A stretch of 64,000 nucleotides of DNA from Eukaryota sp. GEM-RC1 (taxonomy: Eukaryota): assembly GCA_040285855.1 (NCBI GenBank), contig JAUFOQ010000010.1, forward strand, positions 1,054,001 to 1,118,000, in the 5' to 3' direction. The stretch's first letter is position 1; each line of letters starts with the position of its first letter. The translations under genes were made by a program, and so were the position numbers. This document shows, in pieces, positions 13,457-25,794 of the stretch. Under the pieces are notes generated by a model. The model was not told the origin of the DNA. It ran no database searches and saw nothing but the letters and a program-made list of their open reading frames with translations.

Positions 13457-13739
13457 TAGTTGTTATTAGTTGTTTTGATTTTTGGATTGTAGACATGTAT
13501 ATTTTTCAGTTTGTTATGTCCGTAATGTCTGTATCAGGTATTCCAATGTACACAGTTTTTACTAACTCTGGCAAAGATTATAATTTAGTAGATGATAACG
13601 TTTAATGAAAAATTTGCTTACGAATCGTGATGATTGTACACACATCTTCGAGTCATCACGTTTTTGACATAATTAGTTGAAAAGTGGTCAGTTTGTCGGC
13701 TTGTCTGTTGGCTAGAATCAAACCAAGAACAACAAGAAG

Positions 13740-13960
13740 TGGGTATGTTGGTCACTGAGGTGGTAGATCGCGAAACACAGTGGGATGCTGTAGCTAAACG
13801 AAGAGAGTCAGCTGATGTCCGTAACTCCACCCTAAAACGATTGTCCCAGGATCGCTATCCTGTTATTGAGTCGAACTGGGCTTCTTGCAATCCCAGCACT
13901 GCCACTTCCTTATACTCTGCCTACTCTTCCTAGACCACCTTTTAAGCTCCCCCGTGCTAG
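13740..13960 (+). mobile_element. possible 3' remnant of an RLE-type (CRE-like) non-LTR retrotransposon
   Basis: Locally GC-richer stretch encoding LKRLSQ..VIESNWASCNP..YSAYS, reminiscent of CRE-clade C-termini; weak. Confidence 0.25.
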
Positions 13961-15279
13961 CGATAGTCAAGCTATTTAGTTTTATTGTTTTTTTTTATAA
14001 ATATTAATTTGTTGTTGATTGTTTTTGATCGAGTTTAAGGATTCATTTGTTTCACTGCATGTTGAACTTTGTCACCGTGAGAACAGAAGTACCTTCCCAA
14101 CTTACCAAATTATGATGGAAAGTAAAAATGCTTCTTGTCCTTATCTTATTAAAGCACACATTTAGATGTTGCCTCGTTAGTCAAATTTCTTGACATCAGT
14201 TGGTTCAAAATTGACATCATACCGCAACGCTGAAAGACGAATCCCACTAGTGGAATTGTTGGTGATAACTATTCAGCAACAAAGGACTGTTAAAAATCAT
14301 TTCTTCAAGCCGTTTGCCATAACAAAGATAAATTGTGAATTAGGCGGTATCTTGGCAAACATTATCAAAAATGGTGAAAATGGAAGTGTACAACTCAATG
14401 GCATAACCCCTTTTACATTTTTTTTCTGGTTCTGCAAACATTCAATAGCAGATGTGAAATTCTGAGTAGTGAAAATTGCTCCCTCCACTGATTAGAACTA
14501 CACACGCCGGAATTGAAAAGTCCATACAACTGAGCAGTGTTGTGTTATCTGAAGTTGAAGACAAGCATTGGTTCAGTTTTGAGAAGAAGAATGAACAATG
14601 TTAGTAGATATCTAATCAAACGGTTTCTACTGCTTTACAGTAGTACTGATCCATCCTTGCTGTTTTTTAGACAATCATTGATGCTCAGTTTATTACATAA
14701 AGGAGTAATACCAAATGATCGATGGACTTCTACAGCAAAGAATCAGGGGCTATTTTATTTTACGACGATATCAATCCTCAGATCTATGACCATGTGGTTT
14801 TGAATCAGTTGAGGAGAATAGCATGATACAAATACTATAACAATTGGACCAGAAGCTGACATACAGGTACAAGTACACAGAAGTGTTGTTCGTTTATTGT
14901 AAATTGTTGATTGACCATCAATCAACACATTGAAATTGAATCTATTGCGATCGTTAAGTGCAAATTCAATTAGTCCACGAAATTGGTGTAACTCTGGTTT
15001 ATTTGCAGCTGCAAATATAAGACGTAAGATATACAGTTCCTAGTAGATCAATGACTTGGACTTGTTAGGTTTAGAGAAGTGGTATTCTTGACCAGTTTAA
15101 CGACCAAAGCGAAATATATTGTTGCAACGACACTTGATTAAAAGCACATGCCTCACAGTTATACCAATAAGTGTCTCAAAATCAATATATTCAAATGGTT
15201 AACAAAATTTCAGAGGAATTAACAAGAATTATACAAATATATTATCCGTTCAAAAAAGGGAAACAAAAGACATCATGAA

Positions 15280-15800
15280 TCATACTTGATTGTTACTATT
15301 AATCAATGGATTTAATGTAATATCTTCGCTCTCATTACTATCAGACTGTGCCATACCGTCAGGATGAGATAGCTTCTTATCATCAAGAGTCTCTTTGCTA
15401 GGAGGTTCTGGTGCCTCACAACACATGACACAAAAGACCAATGGAGCCAAATAACATCGCCAACACACCAATAGTCGCATATGAGTTAGCAGGTTCATTA
15501 CCGTCCACCACGACATTCAAACGTTGAATCACATCTCCGAATGCTTGTAAAATTACTCGTGAATTGTTGGTCAATGCAATTTGACAATCGTCTAAATCAC
15601 AATTACTGAGATCATGTACAACTAAATTGAATTCATATTCCATGGTATTCAAAATCCATATCATACGATTATGAGCTCTGGGATTAGTTCGAATCTGAGA
15701 CACACATGAAGTAATAGCGATCACTACCACCAAAGTCATTGTTTGTAGCTGTATATTCACAGACACCGTCAGAGCACCAGTCCTTGCCAGCAGAACGGTA
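15280..15800 (-). pseudogene. APD1-like two-TM paralog 3, 5'-truncated
   Basis: Encodes VCEYTATNN..GSDRYYF | AHNRM..VVHDLSNCDLDDCQI..IQRLNVVVDG with the same 28-nt intron; frameshift near the C-terminal TM; the 5' half is missing. Confidence 0.75.
15678..15705 (-). other. 28-nt spliceosomal intron
   Basis: Minus strand GTGTGTCTCAGATTCGAACTAATCCCAG; same position and phase as in paralogs 1 and 2. Confidence 0.8.
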
Positions 15801-16229
15801 TTTGTTTGTCCATTCGCCCTTAAGCGAATATTTATCAAAACTATTTATCAATTTCATCAAAACTGGGATACATTATTGAAATAGTGTAAAGGAAGCAGAG
15901 TCTTAGTCATTTTAATTGATAATCAAAATGTATCAAAACAAATATAAACGGTCGAAAAGTATTTAATAAAGTCCAGAAGTGATATCTAACGTTCTATTAC
16001 AATACACAAAGAGGAATCACCGAACACTTTTTGAGGGAATGTAAGAGCCAATAGGCAATAACCGGTTTAAAAATACAAATGAGGAATACAGGTTATGCCA
16101 TTTTCCGGAGACACCGTCGAATCAACACCACTTGACCAAAAAGACCTGAATTTCTACATGTGCTTCTGATAGTGTTGAGAAACTTCTTTCGAAATAAAAT
16201 TCTAATCTGTTATTGGATGTCTACCTCTA

Positions 16230-16773
16230 ATGCCGATTTCGTTTGACTGTATTTTTTCGATTAGAGAACTACGCACTCTAAAAGTTCACACTTCTAATGA
16301 CACCAAAGTCAGAGCATGTTACTCTTGTCTTTTTAGTGATTATGCTCAAAAAGATGTCGGTTATTTTTTTTTGGTGTTAACCAATCCACTCATAGTAGAT
16401 GTGTCAACAACCTTTTTGATCCATCAGCTCAAAATATTCCAAAATTTTCCAACATCAAGAGGTATGGTTAGCGAGGAACGATCAAACAGAGCTATTTAGC
16501 GTGGCTGAGCTCCAAAAGGATACATCATCGTTTCTTAGAGAAATACGGCACAAATTATATAACAGATACAGGGTATCGGAATCAGCCGGGTCCTGGTTAA
16601 AAAATGGATTCTCAGGAAAAAAGCGTGGTTCTAATGAAAAAGGCCAAACTAGACTGATACTTCAGTTTGAAGCAAAAATGAGACGAGAGCTTGGTATAAT
16701 TATGCAAGATCAGCTGATGTTCATATACGAGGTGAGTTTCTGGAAATATCAAAACAGGAGAGTATATTTCTAA
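16230..16773 (+). mobile_element. degenerate Tc1/IS630-type transposase, N-terminal half (relative of 47726-48772)
   Basis: IRELRTLKVHTSNDTKVRAC and QDQLMFIYEVSF match INELRSLKTHASEDTRVRAC and QEQLLFIDEVSF. Confidence 0.8.
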
Positions 16774-17239
16774 ACTGATTTGGTAAACCAATTTTATATA
16801 ATCCTTTCCCCTCGTATATCTACCTATTCAGGTACCAATAATTAATGTCCTTCTTCAGGTAGAACTGAAAGTCCCTGGACAGCCTTCACTAGTTATTAAG
16901 ATATTCCCCAGACAAACTCTCATAGTCCTCTCGATGGGCAGTAGGTCGAAATGAAAGATTCCCGGAGAAACTATAACGGTTTTCCGAATAAAAGAACTCA
17001 CGTGACTGAAAACAAAAAAAGTACTTCCAAGATTCATTCCGGTTTCCTTTGTAGACAATTATTTAAAATAACGGACTGCTCCAATCAATTTAGATCAGCT
17101 CCATGAATCAACAATGTCCACGTCATACAGATCAGTATTTACTATTGTTTCAATTTTGTAAATACTAAGTACAGGTCATTGGATTTCATGTGACAATAAT
17201 GAAAGAGGGAAAACAGTTAATTAACTAACAAAATGAAAT

Positions 17240-18080
17240 TTAAAAAACTTAAGCTTACGATCAACTAGTAGACTCAAATATGTTAGAAATTACTTCCAAC
17301 ATTTGAATATGTATTACAAACATGTGAAAGAAAGTGTTACAGTTGAAGACTTACAAAAAGGGATATTTTAAAGATCAATGACAAAAACTTGCCACAAATT
17401 AACACGTTTGAAATGAAAGAAATCTGTCAAAAGACCTCAAATTCGTCGTGAATTCAGGAGAAAACAACAACTTGAAGTCTAAGTACATCGTCTGGTAGAG
17501 AACTGTCCGTTTAAGTAAAAGGACACTCTTTTACACAAATAAACTACGTTTGGAGTATTGCTTGTTCAGTGGATTTCAATAATTTAAATTTTAAGTCTAG
17601 ATGGAAATGGTGAAATCTACCCTATAGAGATCTCTTTAATAATAATTAAAATTAATGACAAAAAGAGCTAGTTTTTAAGATATTTCGGTCTTTAAGTTGT
17701 ATTAGCCAACAAAGTCGGTAAGAAACAACATTGATTTACAAATGCCATAAATCGGGAAGAAGAGGGAAGAATGACTGTTTAGATCTGGAAAATCGTCAAA
17801 ATACAGTTTCGGCAGACAAAAGTGGATGACGGGACATTGAAGCTGCTTGATATTGACGATATCTCTTTGAGTAATGATGAACACTTAATGAAAGAGAAGA
17901 TAGACGTTTAGATAGAAGAGTTAATAAATGAAGACATTCGTGTACTTGATGCGAACAAATAGTGTGAAAGCATTGAAAGGAGATGCATGCTAAACTATCC
18001 ACATGCAGTTGATGTAAGAAGAAGTGTATTGCTTCTCCAATTTGTGATGTCAACTGTCTGATCTTCCACAACAAAGTGGA
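17240..18080. repeat. decayed duplicated segment, paralogous to ~24540-25370
   Basis: Shared blocks such as TTAAGCTTACGATCA.CTAGTA, ATATTGACGATAT...TTTGAGTAATGA and ATGTCAACTGTCTGATCTT in the same order; minus-strand coding remnants. Confidence 0.6.
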
Positions 18081-18977
18081 CGTTCTAACTGACGTGCATC
18101 TACTGATGATACTAGTGGGTTAATACTGTCTATCAAGTAGGAGAGAAATGGTTTCAAGTAAAAGGCAGTGATACATTGAGAAAATTGGACATCATTCATG
18201 ATGTTTTAGCGAACAACGAAGAGCTAGGGATGAAGTTTACCAGACAACAAGTACATAAGAGATCACTGAAGAAGTATCAGCCCTGAAACATAAAGCTTGG
18301 AGAAGACAAAATCTCCTCCCAAAGAAAGAAATTGAAAGGAGAAATCAGATGAGAACGTTGTGTAGAAAGCGTTTGAAGGAATGAAAACCGAGATAAACCA
18401 GCGAAATCCGTCAACGAAGAGGGAAGACCATGTGGTTGCCTTCAAGACGAATGATATTCTAACCCCTGAGAGGGTATATGGACTCATTCAATGTTCTTGG
18501 TATCACCTACCTCCAGCAAAACGTCTCTACTAAAGCCGTCGTCCGGTCACGGAGGAAAATGTTCCCGTTGAGTCCAAATTGTATACACTCCCAATTCTAC
18601 CCTTAGATATATCAAAACAGAGAATGAGAACAGAAGAAGAAAGGGAGTGGGACATTTTGGCGTGATTTGGACACATAGGACTCTTTGTACAGCATCTTCA
18701 GAAGGAAAACGTGTGAAGAAGTGTTGGGATCCAAATGTGAAGCCAAAGAAGGAAAGATCAATCGACAAATGTTTGGCCGTGTACATGGATTAATGTCCAT
18801 CAATATTCAACTTCTTTTCTCCCACTTAAACGCAATGTTCTATGTTGAAAAATTTCCAAGTGTTTTTCACTTCATTGCATAAAATATATTTTCAGTTTTT
18901 GACTGAGACATCAAAAAATTAATCCTACAGTTAGAACTATAAAGAGAAATGCACATTAGCCAATCAATTACGCCCCT

Positions 18978-20528
18978 ATGATAAAGACGCGTCTAGTCAA
19001 ACAGTTGTCTCTATTTGAACCTCCACTGAAGAGTATTCGTACATTGGATGATACGGTATCAGTCACCGACGTTCTTGAGTACAATGCATCCTCTTCTAGT
19101 TTCTCCTCTTCGAATCCTAGCTCTGATACATCTTTCTCCGCCGCACATTCTCCTTCCATCCACCTGCACTTCCAACAATCACTACTCACTTTGATACACC
19201 TTCAGTTTCTTCGTCACCTCTTAAAGTCTTCTCTCGAATGGAAAATGGATGAACCTCGTCATGCTCTCCTTAACATGAAGAAAGATATTCCCACGTTCTT
19301 CAAGAAAGTTGGCTATGTAAGCCATCATTTCTTTGATTCCGCTATACTATCAACCAAGGTGTTTTTCCAAACAAACACGTTTCATGTCGTTCCAAAAGAC
19401 CGTCCTCAACTCTGTTCATTTGCTTCTTTCTTCGGAGCCGATCCAGAGTCTATTTTCTTACACGTTGATGGGACTTTTAATGTTGAAAAACATCTGCCTT
19501 TTTCTAATGTAATTTCAGGATTAGAATTAAAACTAAGGGACCAAAATGATTTGAAGTTTCTGAACAAGTCTTCCTTGTTCTTTCCACGTCTCAAAGAACT
19601 CCATGTTCGTCTTTTTTGTACATCTACGATTTCCTTACCGTTTATTGAATTGTAAAAAGTTAAACATACAGTTACAAGTATTGATCTATGTGGAAACGCT
19701 ATTGGAGTTGAAGGTGCTAGAGCTTTGACAGAAGCGATAAAGGTTTATGATGCAGTTTCAAATATCAATTTATGTAGAAACCATCTTGAAGATGAAGGTG
19801 CTAAAGCTTTGGCTGATCTGTTGACAGTTAGTACTACAATTACAAGTGTTAATCTGGGGTATAACTCTATTGGAGCTGTAGGTGCTGGAGCTTTGGCAGA
19901 TGCGTTAAAGGTTAATAATACTGTTACAAGTCTTGATCTGTGGAGCAACTCTATTGGAGATGAAGGTGCCAGATCATTAGGAGATGCGTTAAAGGTTAAT
20001 GATACCGTTACAAGTCTTGATCTGAGCGGAAATACTATTGGAGCTGCAGGTGCTAAAGCTTTGGCAGATGCGTTAAAAGTTAATGCCACTGTTACAAGTA
20101 TTAATTTGGGATACAACTCTGTTGGAGCTGCAGGTGCTAGAGCTTTGGCAGATGTGTTAAAGGTAAATAATACTGTTACAAGTCTTGATCTGTGGAGTAA
20201 CTCTGTTGGAGCTGAAGGCGCTAAAGCATTGGCAGAGGCTTTGATAGTAAATACTACATTTACAGGTGTTAATCTGTGGAACAACTCTATTGTAGATGAA
20301 GGTGCTAAAGCATTGACAATTGCTTTAAAAGTCAATGCAACAGGTACAAGTGTTAATCTGCAAAACAACTCTATTGGAGATGAAGGTACTAGAGCTTTGG
20401 CAGAGGCGTTAAAAGTAAACAATTCGGTTACAAGTATTAATCTGGAGAACAACTCTATTAAATTTGAAGGTGTGACATCATTGGCAGAAATGTTAAAAGT
20501 CAACAGTATAGTTAAAGTGGAATATTAG
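18978..20528 (+). pseudogene. RI-type (28-aa) LRR protein with conserved family-specific N-terminal domain; one premature stop
   Basis: ORFs 18978-19655 and 19725-20528 are in the same frame, separated by TAA at 19653-19655 where the 54-kb paralog has TTG; ~10 LKVNxTVTSxxLxxNxIGxxGAxALA repeats. Confidence 0.85.
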
Positions 20529-21299
20529 ATCAACTTAATCGGTTAGTTATACTCTCTCATTGAAACAAAACCCAATATCACTGGTTAACCAGTACCAAGT
20601 TGAAACATTGAATAAACATTTATCCACAGTTCTGATGTCCTTTTAGTTAGATACTACTTATAGTTATGCTGTAATCGTAGAGTTGGGTAACAAGACGGAA
20701 ACCATGGTGATATCCAAATTGAATAAGTGTTACTATTTTTAGGGCGCTTGTTTTCACACTGTAGTATGCCGTGTACTAAATAATGTTATCACTGATAAAA
20801 AGAAAATTCTTAGTAAATTGAAGTACCTCTACATAATCTCAAATTCATGTCTAAATGCAAAGAGACTGAACAAAATCGAATCAAAATACCTAAACCATGC
20901 TTTGATGAGGGAAAATGACAACCTTCCTCTCCAGCATTATGTAGAATTCTATTGAATTTTGTTTGAAGTATCAAATATTCACCTAAAGCTTTATACTTAG
21001 AATACGAAGATAAGTGACAAAAGATTCCTTTAAGAAAGGGAAGAGATAAATTGACAACTTACCAGACAACATTCGGTAAATTATACAATATTTATGAAAC
21101 AATCACACAATAAATATTCCTTTAATGACAAAAAACTTAACCCTATTTATTTAACGAAAGCTGCGTTAAGTGTAGGTCAAATTTTTGGTGCTAAAACTTA
21201 CTCACACTAGTCAACTTACATCACAACGCGTTTAGTACAAACAATCAAGGAAATAAGTTTAATATTCTAGCACATCATTTTTGCTTTAATAATGTGGCT

Positions 21300-22200
21300 A
21301 AACGTTCTTTTAATGTCTGGTGTGCCAGTGTATTCAGAATTAAAGGTATCAGTACCGTTACAAAGTTGCAAAATTCATGTGTAAACATCTTTTCGTTTCG
21401 CTTAGTACCTGAAGGTATCAATATACATACTCGTCTCAGGACTCGCTGCATCGATTGGAGTCAGTTCATAATCATCTCTTGATGATCCACTTGGAAAACC
21501 AAAACTAAGTGTTTTGTGCCTGGTGTTATTTATTAACATTACAGAAAAAGTTGGCTTAGTACAAATGGGTGTGACAAAAGTGGTGGGAAAGAATGTTAGT
21601 GATTTTTGGATTATATTCAAAATTGTACTGTTGTATATCTAATATTAAAAGAGAGATTACAACGGGCACCCACATTCTTGGTCAAGTGTCTGACACAACG
21701 TGCATGATTGTAAGGAAAGTTGTTTTTTCAGTGTCCAACAGGCCTTCTTCTGGAACATCAATAAATGTCACTATATCTCACCATAGCTTCACTGTATAAA
21801 AATCGTACAAAACCACGTCCAATTAACCTTATCGTCAGTTGCTACAACATCAAATGAGAGTGGAAGTAGTTGTCCCTGGACATGAACCTCAAACTTGTTT
21901 TAATTTAAGAAGTAAATGCGTACCCAAAGAAGACAGGTATTCAACGGTGTTTGAGGAGAGCATTTGGGGCTCAAGTCTCCAATGTGTTTCTTATAGTGTT
22001 TGTTACAGAAATTGTTACATATGTCATCGCCCGGCAATCTTGCTGTGAATTGTAGAGCCGAAGTCGAAGAAATCAGCCATGTAGAGATGTTGTTTCTCAA
22101 GAGTTTGCTCCTCAAGTACTGATTTTGTAAATCCACTAAAAAAAGTAGTGTTAGTGAATTGTGACATGGGAATAGTTCTTCGCCGTTCTTTAGTACTCCT
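21300..22200 (-). mobile_element. degenerate MULE (MuDR-type) transposase remnant
   Basis: Minus-strand fragments GQLLPLSFDVVATDDKVNWTWF and EGLLDTEKTTF..HARCVRHLTKN match the MULE DDE core and CxxH motif. Confidence 0.65.
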
Positions 22201-22269
22201 TAGCAGGGCCTGGTAAACATGCTGAACATACTGGAAGGTTTCAAAAGTCAGCAAACTCTTGTTGAAATC

Positions 22270-24130
22270 GTTTCACTATTCATTTTGCTCCTAGCAGAGA
22301 AACGCGAATTGTGCAACTATGCCTCTTCACAAGTACCCTCTCCATCTTTATCTCAACTAGTTTTGTGGCTTTCAAACACTTTCAACGTAACTGTTGACAA
22401 CACAACTGTCAGCAAGATTCTTAAAGACACTTACAAGTACCAGCAGCTTCCCATCATGGCTGTGAATCGAAATCTCAAAAGAATTTGAACTGTTAAGTTT
22501 CCAGAGTTTGATGCCGCCGTTTTCGAATGGGTTGTAAGCTACCAAGATCGCCTTATTATGACAGACAACATTATGCTAACTAGGGTTGTTAAAAGTTCAG
22601 GTCAAGACCTGAAAATCACAGGTCAGGTCAGGTCAAAGGTCAGGTCAAGGTCTCATACATCAGGTCAAAGGTCAGGTCAAGGTCTCATACATCAGGTCAA
22701 AGGTCAGGTCAAGGTCAAACATTTGGCAGTTTATGTGTTAGTTTCTTGTTTTTAATGATCAAAATTACATTAACTTACGCCATTTACTCTTAGTATACAC
22801 TAATATTCAAGAAATCATTAGATTTGACTTTGTTTATACGGATTTTCGATAGTTAAAGAATAAAGTAAATTGTAGATTTCAGGTCAAAGGTCAGGTCAAG
22901 GTCAACTGATTCAGGTCAAAGGTCAGGTCAAGATCACATAAATCGGGTCAAAGGTCAGGTCAAGGTCCACAGTAACAGGTCACGGGTCAGGTCAAGGTCA
23001 TCAAATGAATTGACCTGACCTGTGACCTGTGACCTTTAACAACCCTAATGCTAACAAAAGCGGCTCTCTTTCGGAATCAGTGTTCTGTAACTGAAGACCA
23101 ACTGAAAGTGGGACGGGGTTGGCTAAAAAGTTTTAAAAAGAGGTGTAATATCACCTCTAAAAAGTCCAGCGGAGAAGTTGTTTCAGCTAACAAGACTGCC
23201 GCAAAAGAATTCTTGGAATCTATTGATGAAGTGATTGGTGATTACGATGGTGATTATATTTTTAATTTAGACGAAACTGGACTGTTTTTCCGTATGCAAC
23301 CAGATCGATCTAACTCAACCAAAAAGCTGGATGGAAGAAAGAGTATTAAGGACAGAGTAACACTGGTGTTGTGCTGTAACATGACTGGAACAGCGAAATT
23401 GCCACTATACTTTATTAGAAAATATCAAAATCCCCACTGTTTAACAGGTATCAGCCGTGATAATCTTGGTGTAGATTACCGTGCTAACAAAAGTACATGT
23501 GTATTAACCTATAATTTTCAGGAAATCTGCATTAACTTGGAAAACTACTGTCGGAATGCTGGAAAAAAGGTTTGCTACTCTGTGACAACGCTTCTCCACA
23601 TTCTCTTGGATCCCTAGACTTTAGCTACCTAAAGGTCGTCTACTTTCCTCCGAACACAACCTCACTATTGCAACCACTGGACAACGGAATAATTCGCAGC
23701 TTTAAGACCAAATACAGAAACAAATGTTGTCTTACAGTATTGATGTGATTGAAACAGGACAATTCCCTGATAACTGTGCTGCTGCTAAGAAGATCAATGT
23801 TCTTGACGCAATTCGTTGGTCAAAGGAAGCGTGGGATGAGATGTCTGTGACAACAATCACCAAATGTTGGCAGAAGGTTGGAGTATGGAATTTCTGTCCT
23901 CTAATTGGTTATGTTATTAATGATGACTTTGATGCAGAAATGTAAGAACTGTCAGTCAATATTGATCGATTAGGACTGAACGATTTCTTCACTGCTGGAG
24001 AATATTCTGATCCGTTTTTTGAAAGAGCAGGTGACCGATGAGGAAATTGTGGATATTATGAGAAAAAGATGGAGTGCTAATGTTGATGATACTGACGATG
24101 AAGATTCCAATGTAGGTTTAGTTGTAGATG
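22270..24130 (+). mobile_element. pogo/Tigger-like transposase pseudogene, interrupted by a MITE
   Basis: HTH (TTVSKILKD), CENP-B HTH (KFPEFDAAVFEW..GRGWLKSFKKR) and DDE_1 (IFNLDETGLFF, KDRVTLVLCCNMTG, FPPNTTSLLQPLDNGIIRSFK); the frame is continuous after removing 22581-23047 and one TSD copy. Confidence 0.85.
22581..23047. mobile_element. hAT-type MITE (467 bp)
   Basis: 13-bp TIR TAGGGTTGTTAAA; perfect 8-bp TSD ATGCTAAC (22573-22580 and 23048-23055); many GGTCAGGTCAA subterminal repeats. Confidence 0.95.
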
Positions 24131-25794
24131 GACCAGTACAGAAAGAAGACTAATCAGAAACAATATCGTCTCAAGAAGCATGCATTATAGGTGAAAAGTT
24201 GGCGACTTCTTGCAAAAGTACCATCAAAGATCAGATGAGTTGAATCCGTGGAAAAATTGACGAGATGATGTAACTGATTCCATATGGTAGTAGGTGTATA
24301 AAAAGCGTATCAGAACATGTTTGTGGTGATCGAAGACTACACAGAACAGCTAAACAGCGAGAAACAAGAAATGGATCTGTATCTTCAATGTTCCTGTAAT
24401 TTCAACAGCCCGATCGATTGAAATTGTAGACGCCTCACTGTAGAAACAACACATCTAACATTGATGATGAAATTTCAATTTTCCTGTGGAAATTTTGAAA
24501 GAGAAAACTTACTACACCTGCAACCGTAATGAAATTTAGTTTAAGCTTACGATCATCTAGTACACACTCAAATATGTCCGAAATTACTTCCGACATTTGA
24601 AATAAGTCTGACAAACGATGTTACACTTGATAACACGCCAAAAAAGAAGGAATATTGAAGACTTGTCACGAGTCAAAATTTTGGAAATGAAGGAAATAAC
24701 ACAAAATTGCAAAGATTTCTCCAGGAGAAAGAAAACTCCTTTACCGAAGTAAACTACAAGTAGAACATTGCTGACCCAAATGATTTCAAATATTCCCTCT
24801 AGAATTCTCGTTGGAAAAAGTTGAAAACAGTGATCACTAGAACTCGTAGTTGAATCTTAACGTCGGATTAGCCAATGATGATAGAAGAATCAACTGTGAT
24901 TGACGACTGTCATTATATAAGTAATGCTACTATCCCATTACATAAAAAGAACAACAAAGTATATCTACAAGCGAAATTACTGCTATTTCCTTCTTTGAAA
25001 GAAACGAGGTGAAATCTTCAGAAACAGAGCTTATAAGGGCTAAAACTGAAGAAAATGAGGATAGGTTGAGTGCAATCTTCGCGTGATGAGGGAGAAAGTT
25101 GATCTGGAATATCTTCAAAGTATACAGGTACGAGTAGAAAGAAGTTGATGAGGCAAGAACATTAAATCGGCTCAATATTGACGATATTGCTTTGAGTAAT
25201 GAAGAACAGCTTATTGAAACAGACTTTGTTACAGCGGGGTAACAAAGTTGTGTAAGAAACAGAAGTGAAAATAGAAACCTGATAGATTAATGTAGATACA
25301 AGAAGAAGCACTCAAACTGGAAGTAGACCTCCTTTTCCAATGTCAACTGTCTGATCTTTTACAACAAAGTACATTGCTGCTCTTGGTCTCCAAACAATCG
25401 ATTTCTTGTTCTTTCTTTTGTTTGTTTGGTTCGAGTCTCCAAAACTTCTCTCGGAACATATTTGTTCGCGCTCTGATCTCCCCATATGTACTACGAACAA
25501 TGTCTGATCTCGCTCTTGTTCACCTTGTCATCTGTTCATTATTCCCACGTCATTATTCCCACGTCACTGCTAGGATTTATTCTCTCCATAAATCTAAACC
25601 TTAAACATATCCTCCGCTTTTTCTGCTTTGTTGTCATGTAGTACGACGAGGCACGTCATCATTTACATTTGCTCCCACTTTACTATCTCCACTGGAACAC
25701 TTGAACTCCTATGCCAATCATTGAAAAGACAACTTCGTGCGGTGTGTTAGCTTTCAATCCACGTGAAGTCACGTGAAGTCTCAAGAGAAGTCAA

